Source: Candidatus Iainarchaeum sp. (GTDB lineage Archaea; Iainarchaeota; Iainarchaeia; Iainarchaeales; 1-14-0-10-31-34). Taken from it: 64,000 bases of DNA. Below the pieces are notes generated by a model that saw only the letters and a program-made list of their open reading frames with translations, searched no databases and had not been told where the DNA came from. This document shows, piece by piece, positions 28,061 to 37,730 of this stretch (the first letter of the stretch is position 1; every line of letters begins with the position of its first letter). A program made the position numbers and the translations under genes. The stretch covers positions 128,637-192,636 of the forward strand of contig JBFMAK010000001.1 of the NCBI GenBank assembly GCA_040755695.1, written 5' to 3'.

Positions 28061-29155
28061 TGCGACTTTGTCCTTGTAGCAGCAGGAAATTACGAGGACT
28101 TAAGGAGAGTGCATCCGGCTCTAAGGTCAAGGATCAGGGGTTACGGGTATGAACTGTACATGAACTTGGATATGCCTGACACAAAAGAAAACAGGGCAAA
28201 GATAGCACAATTTGTAGCTCAAGAGGTAGTGAAAGACAAGAAGATCCCTCACTTCAGCAGGGAGGCAGTTGAATCAATTATATTTGAGGCAAGAAGAAGG
28301 AGTGGAAGAAAGAATTCGCTCACACTCAAATTAAGAGACTTAGGAGGCCTTGTAAGGGCAGCAGGAGACATTGCAAAAGAGAAAGGCCACGAATTAGTGC
28401 AAGCACAAGACATATTTGAAGCAAAGATGGCTGCAAGAACTTTAGAACAGCAGATGATGAACAAGATAATTGAAGAAAAAAAAGATTATGAGGTTTACTT
28501 GAATGAAGGATTTGCAGTTGGAAGAGTGAACGGCCTTGCAGTAAGCGCTGACGGTGACGCAGGATTGGTTCTCCCATTAGAAGCAGAGGTTGCGCCAGCA
28601 TTGTCGGCTTCAGAGGGAAAACTGATTGCAACAGGAAAACTGGGCGAAATAGCAAAAGAGGCAGTACAGAATGTTTCTGCAATCATAAAGAAGCTGTCAG
28701 GAAAAGACATTTCAAGGTATGACTTGCACATTCAATTCCTGCAGGCTTACGCCGGAGTTGAAGGAGACTCTGCTTCAGTTTCTGTTGCCACAGCGGTAAT
28801 TTCCGCTTTAGAGAAAATTCCAGTAAAGCAATCATTGGCAATGACTGGTTCTCTGAGCGTGAGAGGAGAGGTGCTTCCAGTAGGGGGCATTACAGCAAAG
28901 GTCCAGGCAGCAATGGCAGCAGGCTTCAAGGAGGTCATAGTACCCAAAACCAATTTGGAGGACATAATCCTTCCAGAAAAAGAAAAAGCCAGAATAAAAA
29001 TAATTCCTGTTTCCTCTTTAAGCGATGTATTAGACAATGCCTTCCAGAAATCCAAAGAGAAAGGCAAGCTCCTCAAAGAACTCAAGAAGATAATCAGCTT
29101 GGAGCTCCCCAGCATAATAGAAAAAAGTCTGCCGAAAATTCCAAAGATCGGGTGA
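27938..29155 (+). CDS. lonB: LonB fragment 3: C-half of intein 3, end of the AAA+ domain and Ser-Lys protease domain
   Basis: ...[47 protein letters not shown] (catalytic Ser), PVGGITAK (catalytic Lys). Confidence 0.93.
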   Translation: MMFSKITKKITGIEERDFNGYVYNIKTETGTYIANSIVVHNCDFVLVAAGNYEDLRRVHPALRSRIRGYGYELYMNLDMPDTKENRAKIAQFVAQEVVKDKKIPHFSREAVESIIFEARRRSGRKNSLTLKLRDLGGLVRAAGDIAKEKGHELVQAQDIFEAKMAARTLEQQMMNKIIEEKKDYEVYLNEGFAVGRVNGLAVSADGDAGLVLPLEAEVAPALSASEGKLIATGKLGEIAKEAVQNVSAIIKKLSGKDISRYDLHIQFLQAYAGVEGDSASVSVATAVISALEKIPVKQSLAMTGSLSVRGEVLPVGGITAKVQAAMAAGFKEVIVPKTNLEDIILPEKEKARIKIIPVSSLSDVLDNAFQKSKEKGKLLKELKKIISLELPSIIEKSLPKIPKIG

Positions 29156-29164
29156 ATTAAGAAA

Positions 29165-30418
29165 TTATTTTGCTGTAGCTGCTGTTAAAATTATTCTTCC
29201 GTGCCTTAAGGTGAAATCGTTTTTGTTTACTTTTGTTTTTGTTTTGCCTTTTAAGTCCTTGAATTCGATTGCCTTGTCTTTTGCGTCAATGTCTTCCACT
29301 TTCCCGATGTACTTTCCTTCCTTGGAGAACACAGGCAGCCCTATGAGCAATTTTGTGACCCTTCTCCTTACGTCAAATACTGTGCTGGCCTTGTAGGCAA
29401 CCAAGAGAATTACAAAGCTTAATAGAATGCTCAGCAGAAAGAAATTGATGTCTGCCTCCTTTGTTATAACTAATGTCCCGGAATCAAGAATAAACCATAA
29501 TAGGAGAACAGAAATAACTGAAAGGAAGTATTTCCTTAACTGGAACATTTTCTTGAAGTGGATTGCATCAATAGCTTTTCCTATAATAAAGGAAACAGCA
29601 GTTATAACCAAAAGAAAGTATGTTGTCTGAAGGGAAACAACAATCCTCAAGAACAGGTTCTCTATAGGATAGAAAGCATAACTGTTGTATGCGGTTATTG
29701 CAGCGAATACAAGGAAGAAGAGGCAGGCAATATAGAATGGAAAGCTTGTCCTCTGAACTGAGACAGTTGTTGTAAGGTCTCTTGCTGCAGCAACAATTTT
29801 TTCTTCAACTCCAAAGCCTTTGAGCAGTAAATAAATTCCAACCACAAGAAGCAAGCCTTGAATGAATTGCGCTTCTATGCCAAAGAACACCATCAAGCCG
29901 TAAAGAAGCAGGACGATTCCAGGCAGCCCGAAAGCAATCCTTGCAAGGAAGGGGTCCTTTAATGCTTCCCTTAAAGCATAATAGGCTCCCTCCATTTCCT
30001 TTGCCTGCTTTACAATTATTGTTTCCTTTGAAATTATTGGGGCCCTTGCCTGAAGCAATGGAATTACTTGGTCGTCTTCAGCTCCGTCTGTAACTAAAAC
30101 AAAGCCGTCTGCATCAAAAGAGGAAAGCACTTCATCCAATTGTTCATTCAGCCTTTTGTCTGACTCAAAGCTTGTTTTTCCGACACCAGTAACTGCTGCT
30201 AACTCAACTTTAGGGTAATGCCCTTTCACTTCATCGAATTTCTTTATTGAGCCGAACAGGCAGTTTGAATCTGAATCCCCTGGGTCTGCTACTGCGAGCT
30301 TTGCTGCAGCATTCAGTACATTCTTTCTTCCAATTACGGGCCCTTGAACGTTAGCCTTTCTTCCAAGGTCATTGTCTCTATCTACACTCAAAACCAGTAC
30401 GGCTTCATGCTTCGGCAT
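29165..30418 (-). CDS. DUF373 family membrane protein with C-terminal PRC-barrel-like region
   Basis: LSVDRDNDLG..GPVIGR, DPGDSDSN, TDGAEDD; GLPVFSKEGKYIGKV. Confidence 0.85.
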   Translation of the reverse strand: MPKHEAVLVLSVDRDNDLGRKANVQGPVIGRKNVLNAAAKLAVADPGDSDSNCLFGSIKKFDEVKGHYPKVELAAVTGVGKTSFESDKRLNEQLDEVLSSFDADGFVLVTDGAEDDQVIPLLQARAPIISKETIIVKQAKEMEGAYYALREALKDPFLARIAFGLPGIVLLLYGLMVFFGIEAQFIQGLLLVVGIYLLLKGFGVEEKIVAAARDLTTTVSVQRTSFPFYIACLFFLVFAAITAYNSYAFYPIENLFLRIVVSLQTTYFLLVITAVSFIIGKAIDAIHFKKMFQLRKYFLSVISVLLLWFILDSGTLVITKEADINFFLLSILLSFVILLVAYKASTVFDVRRRVTKLLIGLPVFSKEGKYIGKVEDIDAKDKAIEFKDLKGKTKTKVNKNDFTLRHGRIILTAATAK

Positions 30419-30512
30419 AATTTCTTCCTTTTATAGCATAATTATTTATATTTAGGATAACTTATTTATTATTGCTGAAAGTTTAATTAAATTTATTGGT
30501 GTCCCAAAAAAT

Positions 30513-31529
30513 ATGGTCAAAAGATTCAGGCAGACGGAATCCTATAAAATAAAACAAATAATATTCGCTGTAATAGTAATTTTAATTATATTCATTGCAT
30601 GGCTCATATACCAGAAAAAGGAGTTGGTCATCCCGTACATTGCAGGGATTGTCCTTGCAGTAATTCTTTTGTTCATAATATGGAGATATGACTTCCTGCT
30701 CACCCTAAAAGAATACGAGCGGGCAGTAATTTACACTTTTGGAAGGGTGTCCAGGGTAGGGGGCCCGGGCTGGGCTTTACTTATACCAGTAATTGAATCA
30801 TTCAAGATTGTAGACCTAAGGACAAGCACAATAGACATTGAGCCCCAGGAGGTTGTGACAGCAGACAAGATAAGGCTTTCAGTGGACGCAGTAATATATC
30901 TTTACGTCAACAAAGACAAGCAGTCTGTAATCAATTCAGTAATAGAAATTGACGACTACAAGCATGGAGCAGAATTGTATGTTAAGTCCTCAATCAGGGA
31001 TGTAATTGGCTCCCTCACAATGTCTGAAGTAATAGCAAACATAGAGAAATTAAACAACGAAGTGAAAGAAAAACTGGTTCAAGTTACAGCTTCATGGGGT
31101 GTAAGCATTGAATCAGTGGAGATAACAAATGTTACAATTCCCCCTGAAGTAATAAGTGCAATGCACGAACAAAAGGCAGCAGAGCAAAGAAAATTAGCCA
31201 TAATGGAGAGAGCGCAGGCAAAAAGATATGAGATAGATGCAGTAAGGGATGCAGCAGACAAACTCACAGAAAAATCTTTATCTTATTATTACATCCGTGC
31301 TTTAGAGAAGATGGCTGACGGCCAAGCCACAAAAATCATTTTCCCTATTGAAGCCAGCAAGTTCGCTGAAGCCCTCACAGGCAGGCTTTCAACACCAAAA
31401 AGCGGAAGCGAAAGCGGAAGCAAACCATTAAGCTTGGAAGACATTGGCACCTACGCAGGCATGTTCAAGGAATACATGGACGAAATGAAAAAAAAGAAAC
31501 AATCAAACAAGAAAGGAAAAAAGAAATGA
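30513..31529 (+). CDS. SPFH / Band 7 (stomatin-like) membrane protein
   Basis: EYERAVIYTFGR, GPG, VDLRT..IDI.PQEVVT.D, WGVSIESVEI. Confidence 0.92.
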   Translation: MVKRFRQTESYKIKQIIFAVIVILIIFIAWLIYQKKELVIPYIAGIVLAVILLFIIWRYDFLLTLKEYERAVIYTFGRVSRVGGPGWALLIPVIESFKIVDLRTSTIDIEPQEVVTADKIRLSVDAVIYLYVNKDKQSVINSVIEIDDYKHGAELYVKSSIRDVIGSLTMSEVIANIEKLNNEVKEKLVQVTASWGVSIESVEITNVTIPPEVISAMHEQKAAEQRKLAIMERAQAKRYEIDAVRDAADKLTEKSLSYYYIRALEKMADGQATKIIFPIEASKFAEALTGRLSTPKSGSESGSKPLSLEDIGTYAGMFKEYMDEMKKKKQSNKKGKKK

Positions 31530-32032
31530 AGCGGAAGGAATTTTTTAAAAGGCATGAAGCAAAACTTATTATTAGTGTGATTGCTTTGGGGATTATAGTC
31601 AGTTTTGTTTTGTATCTTAATCAGTCTAAAAATGAAAAAATTCCAGACCATATTCTTTTTGCCAAAGATAATGAAAAATATTGCGATGGAATGTTTGTTG
31701 GTTGCAATAGAAGTTTTGAGAAGGGCTGCGTTAATTCAATAGTGCAACCTAAATATCAAATGATAAATGATGACATTACCTGCTATTGTAATATGACAAA
31801 AAAGGTTTGTGAGACTGCAAAAGGGTTTCGTAATGGGGATGTAGAAGGAAAACTTTGCTATGATGAAAAAGATTGCCTCGTATTCTACCAATATAACAAG
31901 TGCGTTGCAGAAAATGGGTCATCAACTCAAGGAAACTGCAGTAATTCAGCAGTTCCTGTAGAAGGATGTAATTATTATATGGTAGAAGGGAAAGCACAAA
32001 AAATTTGTTATTCTATGTCTAAAACCTACTAA
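31526..32032 (+). CDS. Cys-rich membrane-anchored hypothetical protein
   Basis: N-terminal TM, many Cys, AT-rich; ATGA overlap with the SPFH gene. Confidence 0.65.
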   Translation: MKRKEFFKRHEAKLIISVIALGIIVSFVLYLNQSKNEKIPDHILFAKDNEKYCDGMFVGCNRSFEKGCVNSIVQPKYQMINDDITCYCNMTKKVCETAKGFRNGDVEGKLCYDEKDCLVFYQYNKCVAENGSSTQGNCSNSAVPVEGCNYYMVEGKAQKICYSMSKTY

Positions 32033-32123
32033 AAGGAAAATTACAACAAACTAAAAGTGAAAGATTTAACCAATACCTTTTTATGCTTTTTGATATATAA
32101 TTGTTATTAATTAATAACTTTTA

Positions 32124-32411
32124 GTGATGTATATGTTAAAGCAGGTTCAAATGCAGAAATTAGAGCATGCCCCAACTCTTAATACTGTTATTATGGTGGA
32201 GAATGTCTTAAAGAATTTGAAGGAAAGCGTTGTAACCATTGCAGAGCTTAAAAGAAAGTTGCCAAAGCAGGTTAACCACAACACTTTGATGGTTATTCTT
32301 GATTATCTGGAAAAAAGCAATAAAATTGCAGTAAGCTTGAGAGGAATTACTTGGATTCACAATGCTAACCCAAACCTAAGAAGGGCTATTTCTAAAGGTC
32401 TCGAATTATGA
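32124..32411 (+). CDS. Small winged-helix protein, probable antitoxin
   Basis: HAPTLNTVIMVE...TIAELKRKLP...LDYLE; ATGA-coupled to the next gene; start uncertain. Confidence 0.65.
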   Translation: MMYMLKQVQMQKLEHAPTLNTVIMVENVLKNLKESVVTIAELKRKLPKQVNHNTLMVILDYLEKSNKIAVSLRGITWIHNANPNLRRAISKGLEL

Positions 32412-32761
32412 AGGCAGTAAGAGTTATTTTGTCTGATGAAGCAGAAGAGGTCTACAAATACTTGAATGAACAGGCACCCAAATCAAAAGTTGAAAAAACA
32501 ATTCTTAACGCGATAAACCACAAAATCGAATTGATAAAAGCAAACATCCATTACGGCAATCCTGTGGGAAAGGATTATATTCCAGAAGAATACAAAGAAA
32601 AATATGGAATAACAAATCTGTTTAGGGTAGAGCTGCCAAACTATTGGAGAATGCTTTACTCGCTGACGGACAGCGAAAACAAAATAGAAATTGTTGCTTT
32701 TGTCCTTGACTTAATGGGCCATGACAAATATAACAAAAAATTTGGCTACAAAAAGAAATAA
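32408..32761 (+). CDS. RelE-like putative toxin
   Basis: VILSDEAEEVY, LFRVELPNYWRMLY, GHDKY: RelE-like pattern. Confidence 0.6.
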   Translation: MKAVRVILSDEAEEVYKYLNEQAPKSKVEKTILNAINHKIELIKANIHYGNPVGKDYIPEEYKEKYGITNLFRVELPNYWRMLYSLTDSENKIEIVAFVLDLMGHDKYNKKFGYKKK

Positions 32762-32859
32762 ATTCAATTAATTCTTTTTCTTCGGGACAAACAGCAGTTT
32801 TCCTATTTTCCTGAAAACATTTTTCTTTCTTTTGGTCTTTTTGGAGTTGAGTTCTGACC

Positions 32860-33225
32860 TTAGTTCTTCTGTGCTTTTTTTTCCATTTCTTTGATAATTT
32901 CAGGGATATTGTAATCCTTACTGATTTTCCTCGCGAAGTAACATTCACCTAAATCATTAATATCATATAAATTTCCTGTTTTCGGCTCAAAAGCAACTGG
33001 AAGACCATGAGGATAGAGCTTGACATAAACAGTTGAAAATTTATTGTCTTCATTTTTCATTTTTGCCCTGAACAATTTGCCAGCTTTAATTGCATTATGA
33101 AACTTCTCCTCGGAATCAAGGCATAAATAGTTTCTACCGCTTACTTTCTTTAATTTAAGTTCTTTTGGCAGCCTCTTAAACGGGCCAATGTTTTCTTTTT
33201 GTTTTCTTTTTCTTAAGCGCAGCAT
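32860..33225 (-). CDS. Hypothetical basic protein
   Basis: 121-aa ORF just downstream of the SpoIIM-like gene. Confidence 0.6.
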   Translation of the reverse strand: MLRLRKRKQKENIGPFKRLPKELKLKKVSGRNYLCLDSEEKFHNAIKAGKLFRAKMKNEDNKFSTVYVKLYPHGLPVAFEPKTGNLYDINDLGECYFARKISKDYNIPEIIKEMEKKAQKN

Positions 33226-33228
33226 TTT

Positions 33229-34128
33229 TCATCCGCCCACTATGAGCGCTGCCTCTATCAATGCCCCCACAATCAAGAGCATGAAAGCGAAGAATGTTAA
33301 TAGTAAAGAGTCTTTTGTGATTATCTGGAATTCGTGAGTCCTGTACTTCTTTTTTGTTATTGCCACGCTAATAATGCCCCCAGCGATTGCCCCTATTAGA
33401 TAGCCGCCGATTTCTGGCAGGCCGTGGGGTATAAGGCTCAAGCCATTCACCAGGCTTCCGCCATAGCTTGTCACTGCCTCCAAAGGTCCTTGGGTTGGAG
33501 AAAGAGTGATTGACTGCATGGCATCCTTTCCAATCAGAACGCCAATAACAGAGGCATTCCATCCAATAAGAAAGAGTGCGCCTGCACCATAAGCAAAAGA
33601 GATTAAAATTGAAAGAAAGAGGACAGTGGAATTGTTTGCTAATACAACTTTAAAGATGCACCAGTAATCATTAGTGCATTTCACGTCAGAGCCCACAACG
33701 CTCCCACGGTATTCTCCTGTTTCAGTCAAATCATTCCTTATGTCGCTTATCTCCCCTAAAGCGCCTTCCTGCTCGCTGAATACAATGCTTCTTGTGTCTT
33801 GCGGCAGGAAGAAATACCAGAAAGAGTAACTGATTATAAGCCCGATAAAGAACCAGCCAAAAATCTTAAGTATATCAAAATGCCTTTCAATGAATGTAAG
33901 GGTTGCACCAGGCCTTTCTGCTTCCTCTTCCTCTTCTGCAACAAAAATTGAGTAAAGCACTGGCATTGCGGCAATTGTGACGAAAGCAATTCCAAGGGTG
34001 CTTGCAGTAGAAGGAAAGGTGAAATAGGAAACCCATAATCCTACACTTGAAAGAGCAATGCTGAAAAGCATCATTACAAGAGGATGCTTCCTTGCATCCT
34101 TCTCACCTAAAATTGATTCTAGTACCAT
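33229..34128 (-). CDS. SpoIIM / DUF95 family membrane protein
   Basis: NN..V, YGAGALFLIGWNASVIG, PHGLPEI, GALIE; start at MVLES. Confidence 0.85.
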   Translation of the reverse strand: MVLESILGEKDARKHPLVMMLFSIALSSVGLWVSYFTFPSTASTLGIAFVTIAAMPVLYSIFVAEEEEEAERPGATLTFIERHFDILKIFGWFFIGLIISYSFWYFFLPQDTRSIVFSEQEGALGEISDIRNDLTETGEYRGSVVGSDVKCTNDYWCIFKVVLANNSTVLFLSILISFAYGAGALFLIGWNASVIGVLIGKDAMQSITLSPTQGPLEAVTSYGGSLVNGLSLIPHGLPEIGGYLIGAIAGGIISVAITKKKYRTHEFQIITKDSLLLTFFAFMLLIVGALIEAALIVGG

Positions 34129-34284
34129 TTTGGAAAAAACTCCTTTTGCCTGTTTTTCTGCCTTCGTTATTAATTTAAATATGTTTTCCTTCTTATTAAT
34201 TATATCTGTTTTTATGTTTAAACCATGAAACAATTAATATTAAAATGTTAATTTGATGGATTCAAAAGTTAAAGGGGATGAAAA

Positions 34285-34851
34285 ATGGACAAAAAGAATG
34301 AGCTTGTTCTTCCAGGGCAGTTCCTTACAGTGGAAGAAGAATACGAGCCTGGAAAGAACACTTTTGAAGACGAAAAAGGAAAAATTTACTCCACAAAAGT
34401 AGGGGAAGCAGAATTCAATGAAAAGGAAAGGAAAGTCAACATAAAAGAGAGGGCCCGCTCAATCAATTTAATTACCCCTGGGAGCATTGTGATAGGCAAT
34501 GTAATTCTAGTGAAAGACAACTCTGTTGTTCTCTCAATACTTAAAGCAGAAAAGAACGGGCAGGAAAGGATTCCACAATTTTCCAGCGGGCAGGTCATGA
34601 TTTCGAATGTCTCAAGGAACTACGTTAAAGAATTGAGGAGCGAATTCAAGATAGGCGACATAGTGAAAGCAAAAGTAATTAATGTAACTAATTATTCTAT
34701 TGACTTGACAACAGCAGAAGAAGGCTTAGGGGTAATAAAAGCTTTCTGCAGCAAGTGCAGGAACGAGTTAGGATTGTTTGGAAGGCAGCTTAAATGCTTG
34801 AACTGTGGGTCCATAGAAAACAGGAAGCTGTCCTTTGACTACAGCAAATAA
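34285..34851 (+). CDS. csl4: Exosome RNA-binding subunit Csl4
   Basis: VLPG..L..EEEY.PG, S1 domain GDIVKAKV, LGVIKAFCSKC...CLNCG..ENRK. Confidence 0.93.
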   Translation: MDKKNELVLPGQFLTVEEEYEPGKNTFEDEKGKIYSTKVGEAEFNEKERKVNIKERARSINLITPGSIVIGNVILVKDNSVVLSILKAEKNGQERIPQFSSGQVMISNVSRNYVKELRSEFKIGDIVKAKVINVTNYSIDLTTAEEGLGVIKAFCSKCRNELGLFGRQLKCLNCGSIENRKLSFDYSK

Positions 34852-34872
34852 TTGAATAAAAGGTGAAAAAGG

Positions 34873-35148
34873 ATGGAGATAGAAATAATAAAAGACACAA
34901 AAAACCAGATAGAATTCATTCTCAAGGGAGAGAGATACACTTTCCCCAACCTTCTTAAAAGCAAATTACTCGAAGACAAGGATGTTGAATTCGTTGCATT
35001 CAAATTAGAGCATCCAATGGACAAGGACAGCAAATTCGTGCTCAAGACAAAAGAGAAAACCGCAAGAAAAGCTTTAAGCGATGCCTCAAAAACAATAATG
35101 GAAGAATTGGGTGAATTCAAAAAGGCATTAAAAAAGGCAGTCAAATGA
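34873..35148 (+). CDS. rpoL: DNA-directed RNA polymerase subunit L (Rpo11)
   Basis: GERYTFPNLL, VEFVAFKLEHP; follows csl4. Confidence 0.92.
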   Translation: MEIEIIKDTKNQIEFILKGERYTFPNLLKSKLLEDKDVEFVAFKLEHPMDKDSKFVLKTKEKTARKALSDASKTIMEELGEFKKALKKAVK

Positions 35149-35690
35149 AGGCTCTTGTAAGGGTAATAGGCATTGACGACGGCTTCTTGGACAAAACAAA
35201 AAAAGACTCAATTCTAGTAGGGGTTATTTCAAGGATTGACGGCAGAATTGAAGGCATTCTCTCAGAAAAAATCCTGATAGACGGCCTTGACAGCACTGAA
35301 AAAATTGCTTCAATGATAAAAGAATCAAAATTCAGGCAGGAAATAAAAATCCTGTTCCTCCATGGAGTGAATTTCGCGGGCTTCAACATTGCAGACGTAC
35401 AGCAACTGCACAGGAAGCTTGGCGTTCCGGTAATAACCTGCTTCAGGAAGTTCCCTGACATGAAAAAAATAAGGAAAGCATTAAGCCATATCCCCCAGAC
35501 AAAAAAAAGAATTAAATTAATAAAAAAAGCAGGCAAAATAAATTCATTTGAAGGCATTTACTTCCAGTGCTCAGGCATTGCACCAGAAAAAGCGCGAACA
35601 ATAATAAGGAAGACAAGGAAATACTCCTTGCTGCCTGAGCCCTTAAGGCTTTCCCACATGATTGCCTCAGGGATAACAAAACCCAAATGA
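35145..35690 (+). CDS. DUF99 family (endonuclease V-like) protein
   Basis: IGIDDG, IDGLDST, FAGFNIAD, PEPLRLSHMIA. Confidence 0.9.
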   Translation: MKALVRVIGIDDGFLDKTKKDSILVGVISRIDGRIEGILSEKILIDGLDSTEKIASMIKESKFRQEIKILFLHGVNFAGFNIADVQQLHRKLGVPVITCFRKFPDMKKIRKALSHIPQTKKRIKLIKKAGKINSFEGIYFQCSGIAPEKARTIIRKTRKYSLLPEPLRLSHMIASGITKPK

Positions 35691-35707
35691 AAATTAAAGT
35701 GAATTGA

Positions 35708-36562
35708 ATGGCAAGAGAAAAATACAGGAAAGAAACAAAAAAAGAAAATTCCCTGAAAGAAAAATACAATAAACTCAAGAAAAAGCTTTCTTTCCTGAAG
35801 TGGATTGACCCTTTCACTTACATTGAAATTGCCTTAAGAAGGATTCACCCAAAAAAGGCAAGGCCTTCAGCAATGGATGAAACAATTGACTGGGCAGTAT
35901 ACTTAATTTCGGCTTTTGTTATTGCATGGCTTCTTTATACACTCTTGGGGGTCGTCCTCGGAACAAATTATCCAATGGTAATAGTGCTGAGCGGTTCAAT
36001 GGAGCCCCTAACTTACCGTGGAGATGTAATGGTATTGGTTGGAGCAAACCACGAGAATGTCAAGGCACAGGAAATAGATTTAAGCAGCATTGACCTCAAA
36101 GGAAAGCAATTGCAGGATATTGCTTCGGTCAGCCCTGCACAATACCAAGTGCAGGTAATACTGAACCAGTTAGGCGCAATGCCCCAGACAACAAAAGAAT
36201 TAACTTTTTTTGACATCAATAAAACAATCCAATTGAATACAAAAGGAGACATAATAGTTTATTACTCTGCATTAAAGCAGGAGCAGATAATCCACAGGGT
36301 TATAGCCAAAATCAAGGCAAAGGACGGCTATTATTTTCTGACTAAAGGCGATTCAACAAAAAATTACTGGGTTGACCAGGACTGCCAGCAATTAACATAC
36401 AAAAGCTATATTCTAAGGAACCAGAATTCCTGCATTACATTATATCCAATAAATGAATCAGAACTCCAAGGAAAGGTTTTATTCAAGATCCCATGGCTTG
36501 GGTGGGTTAAATTGATTCCTTTCGATGAAATCCCAAGACTCCTCACAGGAAGGCAACAATAG
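35708..36562 (+). CDS. Signal peptidase I (Sec11 type)
   Basis: VLSGSMEP..YRGD, GDIIVY, IIHRV, TKGD, IPWLGWVK. Confidence 0.9.
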   Translation: MAREKYRKETKKENSLKEKYNKLKKKLSFLKWIDPFTYIEIALRRIHPKKARPSAMDETIDWAVYLISAFVIAWLLYTLLGVVLGTNYPMVIVLSGSMEPLTYRGDVMVLVGANHENVKAQEIDLSSIDLKGKQLQDIASVSPAQYQVQVILNQLGAMPQTTKELTFFDINKTIQLNTKGDIIVYYSALKQEQIIHRVIAKIKAKDGYYFLTKGDSTKNYWVDQDCQQLTYKSYILRNQNSCITLYPINESELQGKVLFKIPWLGWVKLIPFDEIPRLLTGRQQ

Positions 36563-36611
36563 AATTAAAATATTATTCTAACCTCAATCATAATGCTAAA
36601 AAGGGAATAAA

Positions 36612-37361
36612 ATGAAATTGATTCTTTCAAATGCAGGGGAATTCAAGAGAGCAATTGACGCCATATCTGTACTAATAGATGAAGCAGAATTCATTATAAC
36701 AAAAGAAGGCCTTTCCCTTAAAGCAACTGACCCGAGCCAAATCTCAATGGTTGACTTCAAGATGGAGAAAAAGGCATTCAAAGAATACAATGTGGAAAAG
36801 GACACTAAGATTGGATTGGACTTGGATTACTTAAGCCAGGTCATGTCACGCTGCAAGGCAAACGACGAACTCACAATGAATATAGATGAAACCAATTCAA
36901 GGCTGGAATTAATATTCAAGAGCGACTCCACAAGGCGTTTTTCAGTTCCATTAATTGACATAAGCACAACAGAATTGCCTTCGCCCAAAATAGAATTCGA
37001 TGCAGAAGTGAAAGTCATTGCAGGCCTCATACAGGACGGCCTCAAGGACTCAAGCCTTGTGAGCACACACGTAACCTTAGGGGTTACAGGCAAGAAGTTC
37101 TTCATAAAGGCAACCTCCTCAAAAGGCGAAGCCCATAATGAAATCATTTCAGCAGAAGACAAGGGCTTAAAAGAATTAAAGGCAAAAAAGGAATGCTATG
37201 CAATGTTCCCTTTGGATTACCTTCAAGACATGCTTAAAGGCGCAAGCTCTGACACTACGGTTGAACTTCACCTTAAATCCAATGCGCCAGTGAAGATCTC
37301 CTATCCAATAAGCAAAGCAGAAATAACCTACTTCCTGGCCCCAAGAATCGAGACCAGCTGA
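36612..37361 (+). CDS. pcn: DNA sliding clamp PCNA, copy 1
   Basis: LIDEAEF, ATDPSQISMVD, RRFSVPLID, TYFLAPRIE. Confidence 0.95.
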   Translation: MKLILSNAGEFKRAIDAISVLIDEAEFIITKEGLSLKATDPSQISMVDFKMEKKAFKEYNVEKDTKIGLDLDYLSQVMSRCKANDELTMNIDETNSRLELIFKSDSTRRFSVPLIDISTTELPSPKIEFDAEVKVIAGLIQDGLKDSSLVSTHVTLGVTGKKFFIKATSSKGEAHNEIISAEDKGLKELKAKKECYAMFPLDYLQDMLKGASSDTTVELHLKSNAPVKISYPISKAEITYFLAPRIETS

Positions 37362-37448
37362 ATTTTCAATAACTTTTTATTTTTTTCTTTATTTAATTCT
37401 TATTTAAATTTAAATAAAGCCTTTTTTCGGGTTTTTTGTGGTGAGATA

Positions 37449-37730
37449 GTGGTTGAAAGTTTTTCCTTGAATAAAGAGGTAATTAAAGACATAGAAAAAT
37501 TGATTAGATCATCAGGTTTTTATAGCTCTAAGAGCGAATTCTATAGGGATGCAGTAAGAGATAAGTATTTTGAGTTAATTAAATTAAAGCAGGAAAAGGT
37601 TAGGAAAGAATTTTCCAAAAAAATCAGGGCTAAGGGTTATAAAGGCAGGTTTCTTTCAAGAGAAGAAAGAATAAAAATAGCTAATGAGCATCTAATGGAA
37701 CATGGTTTTCAACCTCGTCAGGCGAAATAA
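37449..37730 (+). CDS. Ribbon-helix-helix protein, probable VapB-type antitoxin
   Basis: SFSL...IEKLI..G.YSSKSEFYRDAVR RHH signature; gtggtga SD-like sequence upstream. Confidence 0.75.
   Translation: MVESFSLNKEVIKDIEKLIRSSGFYSSKSEFYRDAVRDKYFELIKLKQEKVRKEFSKKIRAKGYKGRFLSREERIKIANEHLMEHGFQPRQAK

Noticed and set aside
31399..31424. Short duplication aaagcggaagc in the SPFH gene tail
   Set aside because: In-frame low-complexity linker (KSGSESGSK) with no evident significance.
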